64,000 nucleotides of DNA, taken from positions 7,750,001 to 7,814,000 of the forward strand of contig OZ024755.1 of assembly GCA_964016885.1 (NCBI GenBank). The letters are read 5' to 3'. This document shows positions 1-11,745 of this stretch, in pieces. The position numbers and the translations under genes were made by a program. The notes below the pieces were generated by a model that did no database searches, was not told where the DNA came from, and worked only from the letters and a program-made list of their open reading frames with translations. The DNA comes from Eledone cirrhosa (taxonomy: Eukaryota). Numbering within the stretch: position 1 is the first letter of the stretch; the number at the start of each line of letters is the position of its first letter.

Positions 1-769
<769 letters not shown>

Positions 770-1724
770 TTAACTTCGATAAATACTTTTTCATCAACAA
801 CATACAAGATGATAACCTCTTTTTTCCTTTGTTTCATTTTAGTTATATATTCCTAGATAATGATTTATTGGCATGTAGAATTTTTGAAAATACATTGTCA
901 AATTTTTTTCTGTTATTTTTGTTGATATTTTTTAAAATGTTGTTTTTTTTCAAATGTTCTCTTTGTATTTTTAAAGACAAATTTAATTTTCTTTTAAAAA
1001 CATTGGATCAAGAGTCATTACGATATAATCTTTCAGTTCAGTACCACCAACATCCCCTGCTGAACTATATTACCCCAAACCTACTGAGTGGCTAAAATCA
1101 AATATATTAAGTGGGAGAAAATTCTGGCAGCTGCTGTAACGTTAGATTTCCATAGAATCAGATGAAGTCGAAAGCTTTCCGAAATAAAGGAACTGAAACG
1201 AAACCCATACAGAAAGTCTTTTTTTTTTCTTTTTTCTTATTCTTTCAATTTTTATATATTTATTATTGTTGTTACTATTATTATTATGTGTGTTATTCTT
1301 TATTTATTTTCGGCATCATTCACTTCTGGCATCAAGTGTACAATACACTACTACTACTGATAATAATAAAAAGAACATGTATAAAACTAAATATAATCCA
1401 TTATGTTGTCGAAACAAGTGAAAATGTGTTTAAATGGGGTGCAGACATGGATGTATGGTTTGGGAGTTCACTTCGCAACTACGTGGTTTTATGTTCGGTC
1501 CAACTGCCCATTTGACCAATGCTTTGTAATAAAGAAATTCAATAGATGGAAACTACATAGCAGATGAGTACACACACATATTATATATATATATATGTAT
1601 ACTCATAGGATGCGCTTTTTTGTGGCATAAAAACATAGGCAAAGGCTTCCACATAGATGTACCACAGAGATTCGACAAAACGGGAGAGACAAAACAAGCA
1701 CCAAAATTGAAAATTTAAACTGTT

Positions 1725-1790
1725 AGTCCCAGACTCTGAATGAAGCTGTTGAAACGACAATAGCTCAGCCGTCGAGCCCCGACTCTTTCT
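1725..1790 (+). mobile_element. Degenerate relative of fold-back/hammerhead family A (3' half of ribozyme)
   Basis: gttgaaacgacaatagctcagccgtcgag resembles family A gtcgaaacggcttgagctcagccgtcggg; lies between TA tracts. Confidence 0.5.
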
Positions 1791-1801
1791 AACACACACA
1801 C

Positions 1802-1868
<67 letters not shown>

Positions 1869-1954
1869 TTTGCAAATTTAAAAATATATGCATATCTACA
1901 GAGAGAAGAAGGGGTTGAGTGTAAAAGAGAAAGTTGTCTCACTCTTTTTCTCTT

Positions 1955-2014
<60 letters not shown>

Positions 2015-2581
2015 CAGTCACATAATTTTCTTGTCTTTCTAACAAATACAGATAGATGATCACGAATAGTGAAACTGACTGGAGTTTTGACTTCTGGTCA
2101 AACTGTATATAAACAAATTATGGACATCACACAGAAATTTATTTCTGGAACATTTTCTGCATCGCCATTTCTGAAAGCCATCATTTCTGATGCATGTCTT
2201 ATTCATGATTATGTTGGCCCCTTTGTACTCTTTTTCTTCTTGACAACAGTTCTGTTAGTAATATCTTTTTACTTCTCTTATTGTTTACATATCTATCTAT
2301 CTAGATGTATGTCTATGATGTCTTTTATTCTCATTTCAGTTATTTTTATCTCCCCTTGCTCTGGCATCTACTGGTGGTACTCTGCTTAGGTAACTATTAT
2401 TAATCCACATTTTTCAGTATTCCTCTATTCTTTATTGTACACATTTTCTATTATATAGTTGTAAAATATTACGATTATTGTTACACTTTGCCTCTCAGCG
2501 GAAATCTATCCCTAAAATATGGTTATAAATCTAGGAGCCTTTGATGTAGGTAAATATTCAGCAGAAGTTGCACAATCCGAA

Positions 2582-2651
<70 letters not shown>

Positions 2652-2795
2652 GTGTGTGTGCGTGTGTGTGTGTGTTTGTATGTGTGTGTAATTGTGGGAC
2701 TAATCTAAACTTAAGGTATTTTTATACGGAGGTAACATACATGAGATTTAACGGAGAACAACAGTCCTTTGGACTTCATTTAAAATGTGTTATAC

Positions 2796-2842
<47 letters not shown>

Positions 2843-2946
2843 ATGTGTATGTGTATGTGTGTGTGTACACATGCATTTCCATTCAAAACATTATACAGAG
2901 CAATCTTTCACACAGCTATCTATAGTTCCATGTATATAATAATAAT

Positions 2947-2988
<42 letters not shown>

Positions 2989-3403
2989 TTATGTAACTGT
3001 CCTCACAGAACCAGACACTATGTAGATATGTAATTGTGTGTGTGTATTGTTATGCTTCTCGCACTCTCCCTCGCTCTCTCTCTACACACACAAACACGAT
3101 ATATCTATATATATATGTGCACATAAACATGCGTTTGGGTTGCTGCATTTGTGCTCGAGAACATCCGTATCTTTGTGTATTCAATAGAGGCAGTGATGAT
3201 CAAAGGTTACAGAAAAACGAAAACTTGAGACCGAGGGAGAGAGGGAGAAAGGAGAGGGGGTTTGAGAGAGAGAGGGACACACAGACACACGCTGAGAGTT
3301 AGAACTGGTAGTGACGTTGATATATAAATAGACACACTAACAAAAGAGTACTTGGACTGGGTGAAATTGACCAATAGTTTGTAAATACAAACACAGATAG
3401 CTT

Positions 3404-3441
<38 letters not shown>

Positions 3442-3458
3442 CACACACATATATATAT

Positions 3459-3489
<31 letters not shown>

Positions 3490-3512
3490 TATACACACAT
3501 ATACACACACCT

Positions 3513-3626
<114 letters not shown>

Positions 3627-3902
3627 TAAGAGAACTACTGGAATAAACTATATTACATCTTACACAATAGCGTAACTCTTGTTATCCCATTCTGATCAAA
3701 ATGTTCGAAAATAACTTGAGTTTGACATGTGGTTTATTATACAAAGTAACTGAGACAGTCATGACAAAGAGATACAGAGAAGATATATACAGGGTACAAA
3801 TGAAACCAACAAGAATAGAAAATATTAACACGATTATACGATTACATAATATGAGAAGATTGATATAATCATACGAAACCAAAGATATTTCGTACTGTAT
3901 GC

Positions 3903-3939
<37 letters not shown>

Positions 3940-3955
3940 AATCAATGTATGCATG

Positions 3956-3997
<42 letters not shown>

Positions 3998-4055
3998 AAT
4001 GAATGTATGCATGTATATATATATATATGTATAGGATGAATGTATGCATATATAT

Positions 4056-4124
4056 ATATTGTTATACTTGGGAGTATAACAATATTTTTTTCGACACACG
4101 ATTTCATATCAAAAACCTCGCAAC

Positions 4125-4130
<6 letters not shown>
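4056..4130 (+). mobile_element. Family D fold-back mini-element fragment in (TA)n
   Basis: Hairpin atattgttatact-tggg-agtataacaatat followed by a tail similar to 15520-15587 (agtataacaatat...acacacg...aa-ct-gc). Confidence 0.55.
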
Positions 4131-4187
<57 letters not shown>

Positions 4188-4240
4188 GGGATTCCTGATG
4201 ATTTCTAAAGAATGAAACAGTTCTAGTCCTGTAGAATCTC
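4188..4240 (+). ncRNA. Type I hammerhead ribozyme (family B, Penelope-like pLTR relic)
   Basis: Stem I gggattc/gaatctc; core CTGATGA 4195-4201; stem II t-ttc-taaa-gaa-t; GAAA 4214-4217; stem III acag/ctgt; cleavage triplet GUA (cut after 4233). Element spans ~4185-4325 with TA on both sides. Confidence 0.75.
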
Positions 4241-4667
4241 ATCTATATTAAAACTTTTATACTCTGCATTGTATTGAGTACCTTACTTACTGTGGTTACC
4301 TCCGACTCAACCCGGAATAAAGTATATATATATGATTAAATGAATGTATGCATGTACATATATATGAATGTATGTATAAATCTATGAATGCACGTAAGAA
4401 TATATGTGTACATATCCATTTACATACGTACGCAAATATTCAACATAAATTGAATAGACGGAAACCGTTTGGAAACCCGTGAGATAAAAAGTACCATCAA
4501 TTTAAACGTCCAGTCTCAACCTATTCTGTTACTTAAATGTTTTACACTTTGGGTAAAAGACAGGTTCTACAAATAGATGTGTCAAAACTTCTACCAGCTC
4601 ACACGGATGGACAGAAAGATAGACGGAAACACACAGATTGATAGATAGATAGATATATAGATATATA

Positions 4668-5197
4668 ATTTTCTTTTTATTTGCCACCAGGGCATCAAAA
4701 AGTGGGACAAGTACAATGGGGGGGAGTTTACATAACAAGGCGTCCTCAATAAGGAGGGGGCAATAACAAAATATAAAAATAAAATAAAATATAACAAGAT
4801 AAAATTTATAACAAAATCCTCAATAGAGAGGAGGCGCCTTGGGGGGTCGCACACACCCCCGAAAAAAGTGTGCAACCCTTCTCCTCAGGAGCACAGAGAA
4901 GGGGTGCTCCCTTGGTCTTTCATCTTCCTCACCTATAGTCTGATGTAGAGTGAAGGCCCATTCACACGGGCCATTCTCGCCACTTTCACCCATCTTTCAT
5001 AAAAACGGCTGGGGTGCAGCACCTTTCTCTCCATCCTGATCCTTCTTCCGAAATGATATCGGAAGAAACGGATCAGTTGTTGGCCATAGGGAAAGGTGTC
5101 TGACCTCAGTCCTTTCAGACGCGTCCACCATACAACCTCTTTCGCCATGGCTATTACGCACAGAAACACCGCCTCTCCTTCGTTTTTGAAGAGGGGA
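4668..5197 (-). mobile_element. 5'-truncated Tx1-clade LINE copy (diverged subfamily)
   Basis: 4933-5197 encodes AVFLCVIAMAKEVVWWTRLKGLRS...ARMARVNGPSLYIRL, homologous to the ORF2 C-terminus of the full-length element. Homologous 3'UTR with AATAAA; GATA repeats on both sides. Confidence 0.92.
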
Positions 5198-5392
5198 GAT
5201 AGATAGATAGATTGATAGATAGATGGATGGCTAGATAGACAGACAGTCAGAGACAGACAGACAGACAGATGGATGGATGGCTAGATAGACAGACAGTCAG
5301 AGACAGACAGACAGACAGACAGATGGATGGATGTTGGATAGAGAGATAGATAGATGGATGGCTAGATAGACAGAGATATGGATTGATGGTTG

Positions 5393-5443
<51 letters not shown>

Positions 5444-5445
5444 GC

Positions 5446-5490
<45 letters not shown>
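5197..5490. repeat. (GATA/GACA/GATG)n microsatellite, left flank of the full-length element
   Basis: Read directly. Confidence 0.95.
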
Positions 5491-5491
<1 letters not shown>

Positions 5492-5705
5492 TTCTTTATT
5501 TACCATAAAGGCATAAAAAGAAGGGACAAATACAAAGGGGGAGTTTACATATAATCGAGTAAAAAGGGTGTAACATGAAAATAATCGAATATAACCTCAA
5601 AAGGGAGGGGACGTGATGGGGGTTGCACACACCCCCGAAAAAGTGTGCAATCCTTTGCCCGGGGAGCACATGGAGAAGGTGCTCCCCTCTCCTTTACTTC
5701 TTTAC

Positions 5706-8700
5706 CTACAGGATGGTATACAGAGAAGGCCCATTTACACGAGCCATTCTCGCCACTATCACCCACCTTTCATAAAACTGCCTGTGGCCAAGCACCTCTC
5801 TCTCCATTCTTATCCTTCTTCCGAAGTGATATCGGAAGAAGTAGACCAGACTATGGCCAGAGAGGAAGTTGCCTGACCTCAGACCTTTCAATCGTGTCCA
5901 CCAAACAACCTCTTTCAACATGGCTATTACGCACAGAAAAACCGCCTTTGCTTCCTTTGTGAAGAGGGGAGGCGGTTTGATTGTCATCACGGACTCGGCG
6001 GTCAATTTAATCGGCGCCACCCGCGACAGCAGTTGTTCGGCGTAGCCCCACAGATCAGCCACGCCAGGACATTGCACCAATGCGTGCGCCACGGTTTCTT
6101 CGTGACGCACGCATCTAGGGCAAATCTTTTTTGAGGGATCCCTGCCCGGGCGCCCGTGTCTGTAGAGCCTCTCTCGAACGGGTAGAGCCCCTCGGTAGCA
6201 CTGCCAGGCCAGTGACTTCTGGAAGTTGTCCATTGGTCCTGGGCCGAAAGTCCTACCGAACAGGCTGGCCAGTTCGTCTTCTTCCATGTCCAGCGACTCT
6301 CCAAGGGTGTCATCGCCCCTGCTAGCCACCAGCCCTCTATAGAATGATGAGGTGGATTCTCCACCGATGGCCCGGCCCGCTTGCCAGAGAGCCCTGAGCG
6401 CCTGAGCACACTCAGTGTGCCAGTCTCCCAGTTTTCCGGATCTTTGCTTGACCCAGGACTGTAGCTCGGTGAGTGAGACGAGTCTCGGAAAGGCTCGTTT
6501 CACGAACGGAGCCCACACCGGTTGACCAGTGAGGAATACCTGTAGGTGCCGTAGCCTTAATGCGTGCCTACGCATCATCAACCACGGCATCCCCAGTCCT
6601 CCTTTCGAAGGTTGTTGGCAGCAGATGGATCTTCTCACCATAGGAGGACGCTTCTTCCAAAGAAATTGGAAGAGCATGCGTTCCATGGTGGTGAGTGTTT
6701 CCTTAGGGCAAGGCACGACAGTCAGGCGGTAGTAAGTGACGGACGCTATGTAAATGTTCGCCACCTCCGCCCGGCCTTTTAGGGACAGCTTACACTTGGC
6801 CCATTTCTGGGTTAGTGCAAACACCTTGTTCGTAACCTCGTTCCAGTTCTTTTCCACCTGGAGGTCCGGTCCAAACCAGACCCCAAGCAACTTTACCGGG
6901 CCCTCCGTCCAGTGTCCGACGACACCGTCAGGAGGCATCGGTTTGCCTCTCCACGTTCCGAGTTGCAGCCCGATGGATTTTTCCCGGTTCAGTTTCGCTC
7001 CTGACAACCTTTCGTACTCCTCCAGTAGGGTACCGATCGCCTCGATCTCCGAGTCGGTTGATACCATTACTGTTACGTCATCGGCGTAGGCCGACACCGC
7101 TTTGCTCAATCCTGGTTCCAGGGGGATACCCTGCAACAACTCCAACTTCCTCAGTAAAGGCTCGAGAGTCAATACGTACAGAAGGGAGGAGAGAGGGCAC
7201 CCCTGTCGAATGGATCGTGTGATTTCGAACGGCTTCGAAAGGTAGCCGTTCACCTTGATCCTAGAACAGATGTGGTTGCTATGTAGGGCAGTGATCCAGC
7301 CTCTGAAAACAGGACCGAACCCAGCCGCCGCTAGCACCGCATCCAGGTAACCATGGTCGACCCTATCGAAGGCCTTAGACTGATCCAAGTTGATCAGGGC
7401 CCCACCGAAGCCGGGTTTGTTGCCAACCCTCTCTATGATGTATCGCATGAGGTGGAGGTTATCGTGAATGGACCTGGATGGGATAGCACATGTCTGCGCA
7501 TCTCCCACCAGGCCACCCACGACAAGCGCCAACCTCTTTGCTAACACCTTGGCCAAAATCTTTAACTCTGTGTTTAGCAGGGTTATGGGCCGAAAATTAT
7601 TTATACTATCCCCCTTGTTCTCGTCCTTCCTCACCAGCGTGACTACGCCCTTGGCTACAGAACAAGGAATTCTCCCGTTCTGCTGCCAATTGCAGTAGAC
7701 CGCTTCGAGGAGTTCGGAGAAGAAGACCGGCATTGCTAAATAAAGTTCGTAAGGTATACCATCGAGACCTGGAGATTTGCGTCTGCTGCATTGGCTCAGC
7801 GCATCTCCGATCTCATCAGCCGAGATTGGTCCCTCGCAGGACTCCGCCTCTTTGTTCGAGAGACGCGGCAGGCCGTCGAGGTATGGACCGAAATCCACGC
7901 CCCGGCCCGGACCCTCGCCTCCCCCGAACAATCGGGCAAAGTGCTTTTGAAAGGCCTCGCACATCTGCTTAGGCTCCCGGATCACTCGTCCATCTTCGTC
8001 TTGCAACGACCGGATGGTGGATCGATTTCCACTTTTAGCTTCTGTCACGCGGGCCCATCCAACGGCTTTGGCCCCCTCATTACCTAGAGCACGTATTTTA
8101 CTTCGAATGACGCAGCCTTCATGCTTTGCATCGAAAAACTGGTTCAAGGCCGTCCTCGATGCCAGCACTCTGGCCACATCTTCGCTCTTGATTGCCTCTT
8201 CTAATTTACCTGTTAATTCTTTCTCGTTTCTATTCCTATTGGCAGCTAACATCTTGCTATAACTTATTGATTCTGTTCTAATCTCTCTTTTGAGAGATGC
8301 CCACCATCGGTTGTTGACGATTGCACCCGTCAACCTCTCCTTAACTAATCTGCTAATCCGGTTTCTGTAAGTCTCTTTTGCCGGTAAAGACAAATTAAGT
8401 TTCCAGTAACCGGGACCCTGTCTATGTGTTTTCTCGAGATTGACCACGCAGGTCACTAATTTGTGATCCGTGTAGCCAACCGTGCGCATTTCTGGACAGC
8501 TTAATATGTCCCTATCCTTACTTCTAACTAAGAATCTATCTAAGTACGATCTAGATTGACCACTGTGGTTTCTCCAAGTCCAGGTAGGCACAGTTGGAAA
8601 ATCTAGTCGATATCTATCGACCAAGTTAAAACGGTCGAGTAACCCCTTGAGGCTGTTACACCCCCCTCTATTAGGACATGCTCCTGCATAGTCCCAACGT

Positions 8701-9143
8701 GCATCTAGGATGTCATTCCAATCCCCCGCTAGAAGCAGGGAACGCGACGTTCCCAGAAAAGTCTCCAAACGCTGGAAGAAGTCGGGCCGTTCAGCTCCGA
8801 AAGGGGAGTAGACGGCGACCAGTCTCAAGGCCGCACTTTCACTACTGCCAACGTCTAGCACCAACAAACGACCCTCCGGGTCCGAGTGCACAACCTGTAC
8901 GGCAAGACCCAGGTGTTTTTGCAGCAGCACGACAACCCCACCCCCACCTCCAGGTTGACAGAGAGATGCATGCACCTCAAAGTCATCGAAGGTGGGGGCC
9001 AGCTGCTGCATGACGCTGATTCGAGTCTCACAGATAACCATTACATTTATACTACATGACCTGAGGTCATTTAGAAGCTTTGCTTGCTTCCAAGTTGAGC
9101 CCAGGCCACGTGCATTCAAACATCCTACTCTTAACACATCCAT
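5706..9143 (-). CDS. ORF2: APE endonuclease + reverse transcriptase + C-terminal CCHC zinc finger (1145 aa)
   Basis: APE motifs GCLNARGL, ICET, AVYSP, AGDWN, YLDRFL, TDH. RT motifs KSPGLDG, NFRPITLLN, LDQSKAFDRV, IRQGCPLS, YADD, LLGV. Linker GPGYWKLN is typical of Tx1. C-terminal CPRC-x8-H-x4-C. Confidence 0.97.
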   Translation of the reverse strand: MDVLRVGCLNARGLGSTWKQAKLLNDLRSCSINVMVICETRISVMQQLAPTFDDFEVHASLCQPGGGGGVVVLLQKHLGLAVQVVHSDPEGRLLVLDVGSSESAALRLVAVYSPFGAERPDFFQRLETFLGTSRSLLLAGDWNDILDARWDYAGACPNRGGCNSLKGLLDRFNLVDRYRLDFPTVPTWTWRNHSGQSRSYLDRFLVRSKDRDILSCPEMRTVGYTDHKLVTCVVNLEKTHRQGPGYWKLNLSLPAKETYRNRISRLVKERLTGAIVNNRWWASLKREIRTESISYSKMLAANRNRNEKELTGKLEEAIKSEDVARVLASRTALNQFFDAKHEGCVIRSKIRALGNEGAKAVGWARVTEAKSGNRSTIRSLQDEDGRVIREPKQMCEAFQKHFARLFGGGEGPGRGVDFGPYLDGLPRLSNKEAESCEGPISADEIGDALSQCSRRKSPGLDGIPYELYLAMPVFFSELLEAVYCNWQQNGRIPCSVAKGVVTLVRKDENKGDSINNFRPITLLNTELKILAKVLAKRLALVVGGLVGDAQTCAIPSRSIHDNLHLMRYIIERVGNKPGFGGALINLDQSKAFDRVDHGYLDAVLAAAGFGPVFRGWITALHSNHICSRIKVNGYLSKPFEITRSIRQGCPLSSLLYVLTLEPLLRKLELLQGIPLEPGLSKAVSAYADDVTVMVSTDSEIEAIGTLLEEYERLSGAKLNREKSIGLQLGTWRGKPMPPDGVVGHWTEGPVKLLGVWFGPDLQVEKNWNEVTNKVFALTQKWAKCKLSLKGRAEVANIYIASVTYYRLTVVPCPKETLTTMERMLFQFLWKKRPPMVRRSICCQQPSKGGLGMPWLMMRRHALRLRHLQVFLTGQPVWAPFVKRAFPRLVSLTELQSWVKQRSGKLGDWHTECAQALRALWQAGRAIGGESTSSFYRGLVASRGDDTLGESLDMEEDELASLFGRTFGPGPMDNFQKSLAWQCYRGALPVRERLYRHGRPGRDPSKKICPRCVRHEETVAHALVQCPGVADLWGYAEQLLSRVAPIKLTAESVMTIKPPPLFTKEAKAVFLCVIAMLKEVVWWTRLKGLRSGNFLSGHSLVYFFRYHFGRRIRMEREVLGHRQFYERWVIVARMARVNGPSLYTIL

Positions 9144-9176
9144 GTGGGCGGCAGAGCCAAAGGAGAGTGTAGAGAC

Positions 9177-11057
9177 CTACCTTTCCGCTTCCCGGGGTTC
9201 GGGTTGCACGACTTCCATGGGGTCGGGGGTGTTGGGTGAAGGGGTGTCTTGTGGTGGTGTGGGGTCGTCGGTGTGTGGTGGGGTTGGGGTGTTTGGAGTT
9301 GTGTTGGGGAGGGGAAGGGGAGGGGGAAAGCTTTTTAGTAGGACGCGGTTTATGGGTTTGACAGAGGGTGGTCCTACGTCCTCCTTAAAATCCTTTTTTA
9401 GTTTTTGGTAGAGGTTCATTGGGATTTTTATTAGTTTTAAATGTGGGTGGTTTTCTGATGAAACAAAGTTTACACCTTCGGTTTGTACCGAAGGATTATT
9501 GTATATGAGTTCATTTAATTTATTATTGTTTCTGTTGATGTAAGTATAGTGTAATGTCTTTTTTTCCGATGGTGTGAGTGTTTCGAAGAGGGGAGGGGCA
9601 GGTTTGGTTTTGTTTGTTGCTGGAGGGGTGTTTTCTGTTTTGTTAGATTGTGTTGCGATTTGGGTGGGGGTTGTTTGTCCTTGTGTGTTTTGCACATGTT
9701 TTCTTTTTTTCCTTTTAATCTGTCTGAAGGACTCCGTTTCTTCCTCCGAATTCGTTGGGTTATCTTCAGTGTTGGAGGGAAGAGGTATGTTTGCTGGTAA
9801 TGTTTCCGTGTTGGTTTTCTTTGTGGGGGAGATGGATGTCACTATGTTAGACTGTGTTGTGTGTTGTGTCTGCGGTGGTTGTGTTGTTTTATTGAGTGAG
9901 AGGTTGGGTGGGCCTGTATTTTGTTTTGGGGTAATGTGTTGTGACTGTTTGTGTTGTGGTGGTGTTGTGGTGTTACTGAGGGACGGGTTGGGTGGGACTG
10001 AGTTTTGTTGTTTGTTTATCTGTTGTGGTGGTGGTGGTGGAGCTGGTGTTGGTAGCAGGGTTTTCTTTTTGTTGAGTTGGGGACAAGCGGCCTTCAGGTG
10101 CCCTCTGCCTGCACAGATATGGCAGGACGGCCTTCTCCCCTCCACGCTAATGTTTATATACCCGTGGTCCTCTAATAGGATTCTGTCGGGTATTTGGGCG
10201 ATGCGTTCAGGCTTCATTTGTACTACCAGCTCTATACCTGTTCCACTGAACGCATTGCCTGTGGTTTTCCCAATGGAAATCACGTTGTCATTCACTGGAT
10301 CGATGAAGCCAGCTATGAGCCAGCAGTAGTCCACATCTGGCATCATTGCATCCAGCCATATGCGTTGAGTTTTTTTCCCCATATAAGATGGATAAAAGGT
10401 GAAATTTTTCGAACGAATCGGTGACAAAGCACATTTTTTTGCCGCCGATTCGTTCTTCATGATAATTGCTAGGCTTCCATACAGTCTGTCTTTTCTTATG
10501 AAAGTTGTTTCATTCAGTACTTCTGCGAGTACTGTTTTGATATCTGCTTGAGAAGGCTGTTCAGGTTTTTTTGTACTGTTGTTGATGGTCCGAAACTTGA
10601 CCGTTCGGCTTTCAATGTCTTTCGTGAATTCTTGAGGCATTTTTACCAATAAAATACCATTCTCACCTTCACTTATGTATTGTTTTGCGTCCGTGATCCT
10701 TCGTACCACATCTGAAATGTTTTCCGCTATATAAGTCAAAGATTTCTTTGTTTTCTGTGCAAAAGAAATCTTGTCGTCTGCTTTGTTTTCTGATATTATG
10801 TTATTTTCAACTGTTATTTTTTTGTTTGTTGTGTCTTTGTTTGTGTTATTAGTATTGTCATGCAATTTTTCAAATTTTTTTTTTTCGTTGTTTTCGTCAT
10901 TTAATTTTTTTTCCTCCGCAGATTCGTCCGTTTTTATTTTCATTTTTCCTTCCTTCTCTATGACGTTAGTTGGGAAGGAAGGGAGGACTAAAGCGTGCGA
11001 GCTTACAACTCTTACCGCTGTCCCCCCACCACTATTTTCGTTCGCTGCGTTTAACAT
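9177..11057 (-). CDS. ORF1: gag-like nucleic-acid-binding protein (626 aa)
   Basis: Long ORF upstream of ORF2 on the same strand; CHICAGRGHLKAAC is a CX2CX4HX4C knuckle; long P/T/N/Q-rich tail typical of Tx1 ORF1. Confidence 0.9.
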   Translation of the reverse strand: MLNAANENSGGGTAVRVVSSHALVLPSFPTNVIEKEGKMKIKTDESAEEKKLNDENNEKKKFEKLHDNTNNTNKDTTNKKITVENNIISENKADDKISFAQKTKKSLTYIAENISDVVRRITDAKQYISEGENGILLVKMPQEFTKDIESRTVKFRTINNSTKKPEQPSQADIKTVLAEVLNETTFIRKDRLYGSLAIIMKNESAAKKCALSPIRSKNFTFYPSYMGKKTQRIWLDAMMPDVDYCWLIAGFIDPVNDNVISIGKTTGNAFSGTGIELVVQMKPERIAQIPDRILLEDHGYINISVEGRRPSCHICAGRGHLKAACPQLNKKKTLLPTPAPPPPPQQINKQQNSVPPNPSLSNTTTPPQHKQSQHITPKQNTGPPNLSLNKTTQPPQTQHTTQSNIVTSISPTKKTNTETLPANIPLPSNTEDNPTNSEEETESFRQIKRKKRKHVQNTQGQTTPTQIATQSNKTENTPPATNKTKPAPPLFETLTPSEKKTLHYTYINRNNNKLNELIYNNPSVQTEGVNFVSSENHPHLKLIKIPMNLYQKLKKDFKEDVGPPSVKPINRVLLKSFPPPLPLPNTTPNTPTPPHTDDPTPPQDTPSPNTPDPMEVVQPEPREAER

Positions 11058-11289
11058 TTCTGTTAGACGATTGAAATTTTTTACACAAAATTTTTTAAAA
11101 CAGGTTTTTCACCTCTAGGAGGGGTAAAGATGAGCTGACCCACCGCCTGACAGTTCAGACGGAGGGTCAAGCTACACAATTGTATCAAAATTAAGTTTGA
11201 ACTCACAAAATTTCCTCAATAAATTTGAACAAAACTTCTGTGCGAAGTGAATGACATCCACACTGTAGAACAGACGACAGCTAGATTTA

Positions 11290-11290
<1 letters not shown>

Positions 11291-11379
<89 letters not shown>

Positions 11380-11412
11380 GCATAGATAGATGGATAGATA
11401 GATAGTTAGATA
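11291..11412. repeat. (GATA)n microsatellite, right flank of the element
   Basis: About 21 GATA units, then GATGCATA. Confidence 0.95.
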
Positions 11413-11559
11413 GAGAGAGAAATATGGGAGAGAGAAAGAAAGTAAAAGGGCGAAAATGAGAATGAAAGACAAAGAGACAGAGAAAGTCATGGCAGAGTGA
11501 GAAAGGGGGATAGGAAAGAGTAAGAGAGAGGGACAAATGAGAGTGAAAAAGGTAGTCAG

Positions 11560-11745
11560 TGAGAGACACAGAGGAGAGTGAGTGAGAGAGAGACAGAGGA
11601 GAATGAGAGAGAGAGAGAGAGAGACAGAGGAGAATGAGAGAGAGAGAGAGAGAGACAGAGGAGAATGAGAGAGAGAGAGACAGAAGTGAGAGAGTGAGAA
11701 AGACAGAGGAGAGAGAGTGAGAGAGAGAGAGAGACAGACAGACAG
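11560..11745. repeat. GA-rich minisatellite (gagagacagaggagaatga units)
   Basis: Read directly. Confidence 0.8.

Larger units (their letters stand above)
5491..11290 (-). mobile_element. Full-length Tx1-clade (L1 group) non-LTR retrotransposon, ~5.8 kb, inserted in (GATA)n
   Basis: Two intact ORFs separated by 33 nt; ~230 nt 5'UTR; ~215 nt 3'UTR ending in AATAAA-GAAA and then (TATC)n; GATA arrays abut both ends. Confidence 0.95.

Noticed and set aside
5545-11118. Overlapping and antisense ORFs inside the retrotransposon (e.g. 9574-10329 +)
   Set aside because: Shadow ORFs of ORF1/ORF2 codon bias; no motifs.
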